NCBI RefSeq assembly: GCF_009914755.1
Contig: NC_060932.1
DNA: 64,000 nucleotides
DNA from: the human T2T-CHM13v2.0 reference genome, Homo sapiens
Strand: one strand, 5' to 3'
Shown here in pieces: positions 1 through 12,140 of the stretch (position 1 is its first letter; the number at the start of each line of letters is the position of its first letter). The notes below the pieces were generated by a model. That model made no database searches. It was not told where the DNA came from and saw only the letters and a program-made list of their open reading frames with translations. The position numbers and the translations under genes were made by a program.

Positions 1-156
<156 letters not shown>

Positions 157-159
157 TAA

Positions 160-690
160 GTATGGAAAACAGATTGGAGAGGGCCAAATTGGAAGCAGGG
201 AGACCATAGAAGAAGCATAGAAGAGCCTATTGCAGTAAGTTAGACAGTAGATGATAGAGCCCAGAGTTACCATGATTGAGGTGCTTGGGGATGCTCTGAT
301 CTTGGATATGTTTTCATGTACAGCCAATGGAAATTGCTGATGGGTTGAATGTAAGGTGTGAGATTAAGGGAGGGATTGAGGATAGAAAGGTTTCTGGCCT
401 GAGCACTTGGAATCATGGAGGTGCCATTTATTGCAATGGGAAGCCTACGGAAAGAAACAGATTTGGGAACTAGAGAAGGAGATTAGGAATTTGGTTTCAT
501 ACATGGTAAGTTTGAGATGTTTATTATAGCTAAGTGGAGATGTTGAATAAGCAGTAGGATATTCAAGTATGGAATTAAGAGATCTCCCAACTGGAAATGT
601 AAATTTGGAAATTAGCCATTTAAAGATGATAATTAAAACTATGAAATTGGATGAGATTCCAAAGATGTGAATATAAAGAAGAGAATCTAT
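160..690 (-). mobile_element. L2 LINE fragment
   Basis: Purine-rich antisense L2 motifs (ggtttctggcctgagcac, gtaagtttgagatgt, gtggagatgttgaataagcag). Boundaries approximate. Confidence 0.7.
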
Positions 691-1058
691 GAGATGTATG
701 AGGCAGACAATGATTCAGATTTTCCAAGTTATTGGTTTACTAAATTCTACAGATACATTGGGTACCAACTTCTCAGATACATTGAGATGCTTTCTGATGT
801 TTCTTTTGGCTTCAAATCCCCACATTAGAAAGCTTCCTAACTAATTTTTTTTAAATGACATTTATGCCAAAAGATAGATAAACAGAAGCAATTGTGTCTA
901 CTGCTTGGGCTTGTACAATTGACCTATTTCAGGAGAAAAAATGAGTAGGGTTTAGAATGTTGAGCTTACTTTGTGTATGCATATCTGTGGTTTTACTAAT
1001 AAGAAAGACTTAAGTAACCAGCTTACTTAATATATATATAATATATTATTTTTTTCAG

Positions 1059-1134
1059 AGTATACTGTCCTCGTAACTGTATGCAAGCAAATCCACATTA
1101 TGCTCGTGTAATTGGAACTCGAGTTTATTCTGAT
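1059..1134 (+). CDS. CRISPLD1: CRISPLD1 internal coding exon (third from last), second LCCL domain
   Basis: Acceptor tttttcAG at 1057-1058 and donor GTaagt at 1135. The 76 nt read (AG|A)-VYCPRNCMQANPHYARVIGTRVYSD and end in phase 0, matching the next exon. Confidence 0.95.
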
Positions 1135-1636
1135 GTAAGTATCCTAATTTATACAGCTGTCAACATTCATGTATATATATAAATGTATAGACACATTTAA
1201 ATGTGTATATGTACATTTATATACAGAGCGAAGAAACAGACTTTGTTAATGTGTGTTCTCAGAAGAGTTAAACATCCATATCACTGAAAAATTAATATCC
1301 ATATGTACAATAAGAGTGTATAATTATTTGACAAAATTTTTCTTCACTTTCTCCCCATATGTTTTATATAAGACACATAATGAAATAGTCTGTAGTTATT
1401 GTTGGGAAGGAAAATGTGTTTTGTTTTTCTTTTGATTCTTTAGTATTTGAAGTCTGAACTGGATAATTAAGAATTTGTCAAAAGTTGAAACAATATCTTC
1501 ACTGCCAAACGGCCATTTAAAATGTAGCATAGAGTCATAGAGATGCTACATTGAAATATATGCAAAAGAGAACTAGTTGAGGGGATGTTGTAAGAGATGA
1601 CTTTAGTGGGTTGGACAAGGAATGTGAGCTGTGATG

Positions 1637-1855
1637 GCCCAGGCTGGAGTTCAGTGGCATGATCATATCTCAGTTTAACCTCAAACTCGGGCTCAAGTGA
1701 TCCTCCTGCCTCAGCCTCCCAAGTAACTAGAAGAACAAATACATGACACCATGCCTGGCTCTTTTTCTATTGTTGTAGAGATGGGGTCTCACTGTGTTGC
1801 CCAGGCTGGTGTGGCCTCAAGCAGTCCTCCTGCCTTGGCCTTCCAAGGTGCCAGG
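1637..1855 (-). mobile_element. Diverged AluJ-like element
   Basis: gcccaggctggagttcagtggcatgatc...gctcaagtgatcctcctgcctcagcctccc...gagatggggtctcactgtgttgcccaggctgg. Confidence 0.85.
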
Positions 1856-4800
1856 CCTGTTAAGTGCTTGTTGAGCCAGGTTTTTAGTGTTGGTTGCTAA
1901 AGAGGATCAGGGAACGTGTTCTAGTGGGATAAGTGACATTTACAAAGTAACGGAGTTAAGAGTCAATGAGCTGTACATCAGACTAGCAGATAGCTTTGTC
2001 TCTAAGCTGCTGAAAATCGGAACGAAAAGGGGCTTCAACCAAGTTAGTCTGAGAGAGAGAGGAATCCAGCTCACATCAGTGTGTAGACAAAGTCTGAAAG
2101 TGCATGCTGATGAGTTTACGTTTTATGAGGCAAACACTTAGAAACCATTACAGATTTCTAAGCCAGAGAGTTACAAATGCAAATTTAGGAAATGTCTTAT
2201 GCACATATTCAATAGAATATTAAGGGAATTTGATCATGTAAAGAGGCCTGAATATGTACATTACCACCTATTTCTCTTGGTGAGCTTACTTACCAAGATT
2301 TTTTTCAGTTCAGCTTTACCTTTGCAGTTATTTTCCAATTCTGAGTCTCTCTCAAGCTCCAGATTTGCACTGGTCTTATGTGCCACTGAAAAGTCCTGCT
2401 GGTATCTTGAATGTACTAGTCTTCACATTTGTGCTTATATTCTTGCCTCTGTTGAAATACAGTATTTTTGCAAATTTTATGTCAAAACTGTGGTCATTTT
2501 TCAAAACCTAAATTATTGCCACTTTCTCTGTGAGGGTGCGTTGCTGGACCTTCCAACCCAAGTATGAAGTTGCCCTTATTTCAACCCCTATAACTTCATT
2601 TTTTCCTTTTGGCACTTAGCCTGTTGTATTGGGTATTATGATTATTACCGTATCTCTTTTATTAGTTTGTAAGTTTCTCAAGGGCAGCAGCTGGGTTATT
2701 CATTCATCATTTTGTGATCACTAATTTGATGTCTGCCAAGCTGTGAACAAGACAGGCATGTTCTGCCTGAACAGGGCTTAGAGCACATAGCTACGTCAGG
2801 TATTAACCAAGTACCTTGCACATAAGTATTTGTTGAAACAAGTAGATTAATAAATATATAGGAATATGCATATCTGAACTCAACAGAGATTTCCAAAGAA
2901 ATCATACTTTTCAGATTTTCCCTTTAAGCAGGAGAACTTTTAATTTTAGTCACGTCTAGTGAAAGTCTTTCAAAATATCCTGTATACTTCTATGTCTTTA
3001 AAGTCATCTATTTGCTAGAGTTAAGGTTTTGTTGGAACTCATATCTTGAGATCATTTTATCTTTCTACCCTCAGTGAAATGGCTGCATAATATGTGTCTT
3101 ATATAGGTCCTTTGAAGAGTAAGTTGGAAATATAAAGATTACTGTCAAATAGCAAGTATGAAATCAGAGATCCAATCGTTAATAGCCAGTCTTCCTGGCC
3201 CTACAAAATACATTATCTCTCCAAATAAAGGATGGAAATGTGAGAATCAATCAGCCAGACTCCCTCCCTCCTTCCCTTCTCTTTCTTTCCTTCCATTTAT
3301 AGAGCTAGACCTTGTACATTCTGTTTCTTTGAACTTTTAGTTTATTATATATTTCTGCATTCATTAAAAAAATTCTATTTTTACAGATAATTCTTTTCAT
3401 CATATATTAGTTTTTAAAAAGTCTGAGTATGAAAAGAAAATGTCTTCTGACCTTTGAACTCAAATAGGGATGCCTGCTGAATCTATAATTGCAGGCAATA
3501 CAATAGTCTCAAAACATATTAAATACTTGGACTTAGTAAATGTTATATCTAAGCACTTTTGTTGCCTTGGGAAAAATGCTGATTAATATCCTTTTAACAG
3601 AACAAATACTGAAATGTGCACGGAATTATTTTTAATTCCATCTGTTAAGAACCATATTGGAGGCAAATATAATTCAATGGGACTTTAAGTGTTGAAGAAA
3701 ATGTCTTTGAGTAAGGATGCAGGTTTTAGATACATGGTATTTTGCGATACAGCAAAAGCATGGAAAGGATTAAACAGCTTGGCATTCAGACTCTGATCTA
3801 GTAAATACTGACTGATGCTCTAGAGTTCACAACACAGTAATAATGCAAGGTCATGTAAGATATACATGCTTATTTTAAAAAGCATATTAAATCACTCACA
3901 TGTGCATAGAGATAAGAAAAGAACACACCACTGGGATCAGAAAAGACCCATGGGCATTTGACATGGATTGCTTTATACTGAAACAGTTCAAATATTGTCT
4001 TTGGTTGGATTTCCTTGGATTGTACTTAGTTGTTGACAAATTTTGGTAAAACATTTGGACTAAAGCAAATGTTAAAATCTTGAGAAGATTTTAATGGGCC
4101 AAAAGAAATGATCTGACTTTTAGAATTCAGTAGTTTTAAAAATTCAAAAGTATTGGACCTGAAACAACAATTTTCTTCTCCATAGAAATCCCATTCAATT
4201 CAGATTATATGACTAGTGCAATGTAATCATAGGACTTTCCTAGTATTTCATGTCAGACCATTCAAACTAAGTTGACAGGCATTACAAATCTAGGTAGAAG
4301 CTATGATGATTCTTCATTTTTTTCTTTTTAGGGTTATTCTTTTAGGCAAAGTTTCTCTGTGTAGATTATATTATTTACTAAGAAAAAAACTGCCCCATTT
4401 CTTGTATTTTGGAAGAGGGGCCATAGTCATATGCAGAACTATGGTGGAGTTTGTATTAGGCAAAAGTGAACATACATGAGGGATGAATAATCTAACCTAT
4501 GAACATTTGGTCAGAGTGAGCCCAGTATAGAACAAAGGCTAACATTTAAGAATGACAAACAGGACCTAGAAGAGATAAAAGAAGCTAATTTGCTTTTTAT
4601 TGCTTTGATACTCTAAAGCCTACTGTTTGGACAGAACAGGTATTTGCTAGATTAGATTGGGGAGGGGTCTTACCGTTGCAGTCACCTTTAAGGTTGGCCT
4701 TCAGACTTGCTCCAAATTGGCTTTGACTTTGTGACGTTTCAAACACTCTTTTATGCACAAAACCTCATCCTGTAGCTGCTCACTGGCTATCCATGACATC

Positions 4801-4899
4801 AGGATGTCAGCGACTTCAGTCTATTAATAATAGAAGAATAGGCTGGACAAGTCCAGCAGGAATTTCCAATAATGGCAGTTTGTTTCTTTACCTTCTCAG

Positions 4900-5030
4900 C
4901 TGTCCAGTATCTGCAGAGCAGCAGTACATGCTGGAGTGGTTCGAAATCACGGTGGTTATGTTGATGTAATGCCTGTGGACAAAAGAAAGACCTACATTGC
5001 TTCTTTTCAGAATGGAATCTTCTCAGAAAG
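4900..5030 (+). CDS. CRISPLD1: CRISPLD1 penultimate coding exon, LCCL core
   Basis: Acceptor ccttctcAG at 4898-4899 and donor GTaaaa at 5031. The 131 nt encode [43 protein letters not shown]+AG, including the LCCL hallmark SSICxAAVHAG. Confidence 0.96.
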
Positions 5031-6188
5031 GTAAAAACAAAACATATGTATGTATACTTTTAAATACCATCTATCACTGTATTCATGATTGCTTTACAGT
5101 TGACCCACTTGAATATTTTTAATTTTTTTCAAAGTTAAGTGGCAGAGCCAGTGTGTTCCTTTGCACACTTGTGTACCAGTCAGCCTTCCAGGGATGGGAG
5201 AAGCTGTAGTACCAGAGGTGCCTGTCTCCTGCAGGCTTATAAAAATCAACATGAAAATCGGATTACAAGTCAGAACTACTCTTTTGTTAATTAGTCTTAT
5301 AATTAGGAACTTTCTTTCATCCTCTTTTGGATTTTCTAGATTAGTTTTATATTTAATTCTTTCTAGGTGAGCAAGGCACAGAATATTTCTCTAATCCAGT
5401 TATCTGATAAAGTATTTGACAAAAACAATGTCTGATTTTCCCTAGAACCAAATTCTCTTATTGATTTGAAGTTGGATGCCTAGTGTGATATAAATGAACT
5501 CTTTCAGGTCATTTTTCATATTATTTAACCCACCCACTAGTGTCATATATTTTGGTGATTTGAGAAAATTCATGTAACTCACTTTATCAGGTATCAATAA
5601 ATATTAAAATAAATGAAGCAATGGTGATTTTTAAAATCATTATTACTTATAAAAGTAATATTAAAAGTCCTATTTATTTGTATATAGAAAAATCCCTAAC
5701 TTTTAGATATTTCCTGGATTCTTCAAAATTGCTAATGGAGAACACACACATGTACACCAAAGGATGTGTCATACGGGGTATCTAGATTACCTTCAACATA
5801 ACCATCTGGGTGTCATCCTCACAAAAATACAAATCTGCATTATCTGTTTTCATATTAGACTATATCAAGAGGTAAGTGTTGAGAAAGTGACATTTCTACA
5901 ACCTGCTCATGGCCTCCTTAAACAGAATAATATATAAAATGGATCTTTGAGTTATAAAATTGGATATGCAATTTTATAAGCTAAACTGAGTGATATGGTT
6001 TTATGTATGCCTCGTAATTCTTAGATTTATTTTAAAACTATAAAACGATAGGTGATATCCTAATAAAACAGTATAATAATTATTTTTGAGTACCTACTAT
6101 GAATATTCCAGATGTTAGATGCTCCTGAGCACTCTAAGTATGTTAGCTCAGCTTCGACAGCCCTGAAATGTCAGGCCTATACCCGGAG

Positions 6189-6189
<1 letters not shown>

Positions 6190-6226
<37 letters not shown>

Positions 6227-6450
6227 ATGTGTGTGTGTCTGTGTATATATGTATGAGTGTGTGTATATATGTGTGTATATGTATATGTGTGTGACTGTAT
6301 ATATGTGTGAGTATGCATATGTGTATGTGTATGTATATATGTGTTTCTGTGTATATATGTGAATGTATATATACACACACATATAGATACGTATATACAC
6401 TTCTATATACACATATACATACATATATATACACATATACATATATATAT
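6190..6450. repeat. Compound (TG/TA)n then (CA/TA)n microsatellite
   Basis: Alternating purine-pyrimidine tract: TG-rich to ~6370, CA-rich afterwards. Confidence 0.95.
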
Positions 6451-6451
6451 G

Positions 6452-6535
6452 TTAACTGAGACTCTGAGGGGTTAAATGATGTGCTCAAGTTCATATAACT
6501 TGTAAATCTCAAAGCTCAGATTCAGTCTGTAGGCT
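6452..6535 (-). mobile_element. MIR fragment
   Basis: aactgagactctgaggggttaaatgatgtgctcaagttcatataacttgtaaat resembles the antisense MIR core. Confidence 0.6.
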
Positions 6536-7077
6536 CAGAGATATGTGTTATTCCAGTATTTAACTGTGTACAAAAAGGAAACACACCAAACACATTCATT
6601 TCCTAAGGCACTCAGTCAGTTTGTTTCTCATAAATAAAATGGCTTTGGATTGGCCATCTACTTGCATGAAAAACCTGGCATACATGCATGCACATGTGTG
6701 TATATGTTGTGTGTGCGCACTTGTGATACCCTTATTTTTGCTCACTCAAATTCTCTCCCTTTTTTCTTGTATGAATAAATATATAAAACATAGTTCACTT
6801 TGTCTCTTTCTTAGTATTTATTTTATTGATCTCCAAAAGTCTTTTGTAATTATTAAGAAAATAAAACTTTATGTAAAAGCTTCAAAAGCTTACAGTTGAT
6901 TTGAATAAATAATGATTAATGGTACTACCAATCTGTTTTAACTTTTAGACATTTAAACAAAACATACCTTGATTTACGTTGCTAAATAAATATAAACAAT
7001 TTAATAAAGAGTAAAATTTATGAGTCTGCATTACTTTTAACTTCTATTTAAAAGTACTTTCAAAATGAGATTGAATG

Positions 7078-7080
<3 letters not shown>

Positions 7081-7109
<29 letters not shown>
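7081..7109. repeat. (TG)14 microsatellite
   Basis: Read directly. Confidence 0.95.
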
Positions 7110-7111
<2 letters not shown>

Positions 7112-7703
7112 TTTTTCATTTCAGTGAAGATATTCTTAGGTCTTTCAGATTTGACCATTAAATATCCTTACTAACATTTTCCTTGAAATTATAGATGTTA
7201 AGAGTATTAATCTGTATGATAGCAATGTAATTTAAATTTTGTCAGACTTGGGCAATGATAATAAGCTAGCGCTCTAGAGTATTGCCTAAGTATCAGCTAT
7301 CTTTTTAGCTTGTAACCGTGCATATCAGTTGTAAATCTGAGTCTCAGTATTCCCCATTAAAATTGAATAACAGCTGCTGAACTCTGCTGTATTAGAATGA
7401 AAGGAGGTAATATAGGAAAACATGATCTAGAATCTGTGAAGTTCTGTGGAGACTACTATTATTACCATTACACATCTTAAATGTTATTAGTAAACTTGCA
7501 GCCCAGCATAGAACCAAGAGTTAAGAGTTATGTCATCCTCATTCGAGCTTTCCAATAACTATAAATTATAGTAGCCTAAGAAAGTTGACCATCTGGATTC
7601 ATAGAGCTGCTTTCTTGACTGTCATAAGAAAGCATGATTTGTAAGAAGGATTATGTATAGAGATGACATCAATATACTTTTCATATATTTTTTTTTTTTG
7701 CAG

Positions 7704-7755
7704 TTTACAGAATCCTCCAGGAGGAAAGGCATTCAGAGTGTTTGCTGTTGTGTGA
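7704..7755 (+). CDS. CRISPLD1: CRISPLD1 terminal coding exon
   Basis: Poly-T tract plus gcAG at 7702-7703. Reads (AG|T=S)-LQNPPGGKAFRVFAVV-TGA (7753-7755); phase 2 matches the previous exon. Confidence 0.96.
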
Positions 7756-10065
7756 AACTGAATACTTGGAAGAGGACCATAAAGACTATTCCAAATGCAA
7801 TATTTCTGAATTTTGTATAAAACTGTAACATTACTGTACAGAGTACATCAACTATTTTCAGCCCAAAAAGGTGCCAAATGCATATAAATCTTGATAAACA
7901 AAGTCTATAAAATAAAACATGGGACATTAGCTTTGGGAAAAGTAATGAAAATATAATGGTTTTAGAAATCCTGTGTTAAATATTGCTATATTTTCTTAGC
8001 AGTTATTTCTACAGTTAATTACATAGTCATGATTGTTCTACGTTTCATATATTATATGGTGCTTTGTATATGCCACTAATAAAATGAATCTAAACATTGA
8101 ATGTGAATGGCCCTCAGAAAATCATCTAGTGCATTTAAAAATAATCGACTCTAAAACTGAAAGAAACCTTATCACATTTTCCCCAGTTCAATGCTATGCC
8201 ATTACCAACTCCAAATAATCTCAAATAATTTTCCACTTAATAACTGTAAAGTTTTTTTCTGTTAATTTAGGCATATAGAATATTAAATTCTGATATTGCA
8301 CTTCTTATTTTATATAAAATAATCCTTTAATATCCAAATGAATCTGTTAAAATGTTTGATTCCTTGGGAATGGCCTTAAAAATAAATGTAATAAAGTCAG
8401 AGTGGTGGTATGAAAACATTCCTAGTGATCATGTAGTAAATGTAGGGTTAAGCATGGACAGCCAGAGCTTTCTATGTACTGTTAAAATTGAGGTCACATA
8501 TTTTCTTTTGTATCCTGGCAAATACTCCTGCAGGCCAGGAAGTATAATAGCAAAAAGTTGAACAAAGATGAACTAATGTATTACATTACCATTGCCACTG
8601 ATTTTTTTTTAAATGGTAAATGACCTTGTATATAAATATTGCCATATCATGGTACCTATAATGGTGATATATTTGTTTCTATGAAAAATGTATTGTGCTT
8701 TGATACTAAAAATCTGTAAAATGTTAGTTTTGGTAATTTTTTTTCTGCTGGTGGATTTACATATTAAATTTTTTCTGCTGGTGGATAAACATTAAAATTA
8801 ATCATGTTTCAAAGTTTTATTTTCAGTTCCTTTTGCATGCCTATTTTGATTTAGAAATCACTTTAAGATAAATGAACAAAATTATTGTAAGTCTTCTAAA
8901 CTTGGTTTATTGACGTTAGTATAAATAACATACAATACCAGATGTCTACAAAATCGACCTGATTATTTAGGTATTTGTATGTGAAAGAGAAACACATATT
9001 TAGAAACACAGCAAGGGAGATTTTGAATAAAGAGAGAGATGAATTTATAAAGTAGGAAAAAAAGAATCTGAAAGATACAAAGTGATTATAAAAGAATTGA
9101 CAGGACAATAAATACTTCAAATACTTTTAGGAAGTAAATGAGTAGGAGTTTAGGAGGGATAAACGAGATAAATTCCATGCAATGATCAAGGAAAGCAAGA
9201 GAGCAGATAATACAAAAGAAAAAGAAGAAGGTTCACATAAATAGCTTCTGGAGTGCAAATTATAAAGACATCAACATTTTTGATCATATAATAAGTACTG
9301 GCTTACAGCTAAGTGGTTCCAAATACTGGTAATTAAAACAATGATGTATACGTTAAAGATTGCAAAACTTAAAAGCAGATTTTTATGGGAACTTTTTTCG
9401 AAAGGATACATGACCACCTTCTTAAATAGTATGACTTTACATAGACTCTTTTTCTGGTCCTTACTGCTCCTCCCACAACAGGGAAGCCCGATCAGTTCTG
9501 TCAGTATAAGGTTTTCTTCTATTTGCCCTTAGTTTAGATCTCCATCATCAATTCCACTTACTATTGTAATACCTTCAGCTGGAGCCTGTGTCTTTCTCCA
9601 TTCCTTTTTAATACATTCGTATTTCCCAGCCCCAGAACCCTTGAAATTAACTCTTCCATGAGTTTTCATTGCTGAAGAAAAACCAAACATTCTTGTAAAA
9701 ACATTTAAGAACTTCCATAGTCTTGTTCATATTGTTTACCTATCTTCTACACAAGGCGTGTCCTTGGGTAAGTTATTTAACTTCAATTTACCTTACCTGT
9801 AAAATGGAACAAATAATATCTCCTTAAGATTGCTCTACGAATTAATTGACACATTATGTGTGATGTACTTAAAGGAATAATAAATGCATAATATGAGGTC
9901 AGTGGACGCCATTTTCTGTTATAATCATTTTTGTTATCTAATTTGGGGAAACTATTCATCTGTCATATACTATTGATCCTTTGGCACTTAAATAAATGTG
10001 AAATCCTCCAGGAATTTTCCTGTGATTCTCCTTGTAAGAATTAAATGCTCTCTAATATGATATCC
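7756..10065 (+). other. CRISPLD1: CRISPLD1 3' UTR (distal end uncertain, several candidate poly(A) signals)
   Basis: AU-rich sequence after the stop. AATAAA at 7911, 8078, 8381, 8390 and 9991, ATTAAA at 10040. The true cleavage site(s) cannot be fixed from sequence. Confidence 0.55.
9760..9895 (+). mobile_element. MIR
   Basis: ccttgggtaagttatttaacttc...cctgtaaaatggaacaaataata matches the MIR core. Confidence 0.7.
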
Positions 10066-11211
10066 CTTTAATTTGACCATTGTAATTATTTAATTTGTTT
10101 TATTATATTCTTTAAAAGATAAGCTCTTTGAGAATGGTAATACTCTTACTCATCTCTCTACCCAAGAGCACAATTACCTCTGAGTTTTACTTCCTTGGAC
10201 TCTACAAATGGTATATCAGTATTGTTGAGTGAGCATTCCAACAATTCCTAATTTTATTTTTGATGAAAATGAATATTTTTTCCACATTATAGTGTGAGGT
10301 CAACACAAAGTGCTATAGCTAGTGAAAATAGTTTATTGATAGACGTGGATTTAAAACAGATCAATGCTTGTAGAATAGTATTAATGTCATTATTTTAGCA
10401 TTTAAAGTTTACCAGACCATGTGTTACTTTAATACTTTTCATATATCAAAAAATAATTTTGTATTTTAAGCATAGTATTATGAAAATAAATTACTCTCCT
10501 AACCTTAGATAATTTGCATATTACAGGGTCCACTTTTCAATACTGTCCTCTAAAATCTTGACTGTTCTCTTGCTGTTCTAAAATGTTTTTAAAGAAATGT
10601 AAACTCTTCTAAATAGCATGGTGAGTCAAGCAAAGAAACAGCTATCATTTTTGCAAACATACCAAATTTCAGATTTGGACTTTAAGCTAATTCATTGCAC
10701 AAAGAATTACATTGTTGGAGTTGATTTTAAAAACTTATCTGAGGTGACATCTCTACCCTGGCACCATAATATTCAGGAGCTGAAGAAATAGTTTAGTGAA
10801 ATAATCTGATCCTCTTTTATTAATTTGTTGTAATTAAGTCGAAATTATATCATCAGTTTGAGATTTAAAAAAGGCAGGCAAACTCTTTAGAACACTGCTC
10901 TTATACTTAATAATTAGATATTCTCTACTTCCTTTTATCCCCCAATCCTTATGTCACCTTGCACGGAATTATCAGAACGTGAAACAATGCTGGTAAGCAA
11001 ACATCCTTGCACTAGACCATTAAGTTATGAAAACTAATTTTCCAATGATTACTAACAAATATTTTCTGATTAAAACCATAGTGAATTGGCAATTATGTTT
11101 ACCACTATACTGATGAAGAAGATGAAAAGCAGAGGGCCTACAAATGACTGTATCTGATAAGCTCAGTTTAAAAAAAAAAAAAAACGTGTACAGAAGATGA
11201 AGTAGAAATTA

Positions 11212-11544
<333 letters not shown>

Positions 11545-11684
11545 TTAGAAATGCTTTTAAAAAGCCTAGCCTGATTGAGTCCTTATGCTAAGAGAGATAA
11601 GAATTTTTTACAAAATGATATGAGAGCAGCATGATTAGGTACAATATAACAAAAAACAAATAGCCCCTTCTGAAGCTTTCTGCT

Positions 11685-12140
11685 TTCATTCATGCAAAAA
11701 TTACTGAGTTCCTACAATCTGCTATAGATTTGTGCTGATCACTGTAGATATGTTTATAAACAAAAATGCCCTCAGGAAATTAGATTCTTGTGAGGAACAC
11801 ATACTAATTAGATAATCACATGAATAAATATACGAAACCATGGAGATTATAGAACTTTGTTACTACAAAGAAAATATTTATGGTACCATGGCAGTATTGA
11901 AAAGTAGGACTTAACCTTGCGGGAAGAGTAAAGATGACTTTCCTGAGGAACTGACATAAAGTTTAGAAGAACTTAAGGATGAGTAGAAGTAACTTGGAAG
12001 GGGAATAATTTCTTACATAAATAAACACAATGCAAAATACCTTATGGCAGGAATAGTCTAGAAACAACAGCAACAAAAAGCTGAAGGCATGCTGTACGTG
12101 AGTCTGGACACGTAAGCGGGGGAGCAGAGAAAGGTTGAAA
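11685..12140 (-). mobile_element. L2 3' end
   Basis: ttcattcatgcaaaaattactgagttcctac... is the antisense L2 terminus, followed by gacttcctgaggaa-like motifs. Confidence 0.65.

Noticed and set aside
1521-1552. 10-bp inverted repeat aatgtagcat...atgctacatt
   Set aside because: A few such hairpins are expected by chance in 64 kb of AT-rich DNA, and the stem is too short for a pre-miRNA.
6112-6512. Five overlapping ORFs rich in Y/I/H/T/V/C
   Set aside because: Translations of a dinucleotide microsatellite that lacks stop codons.
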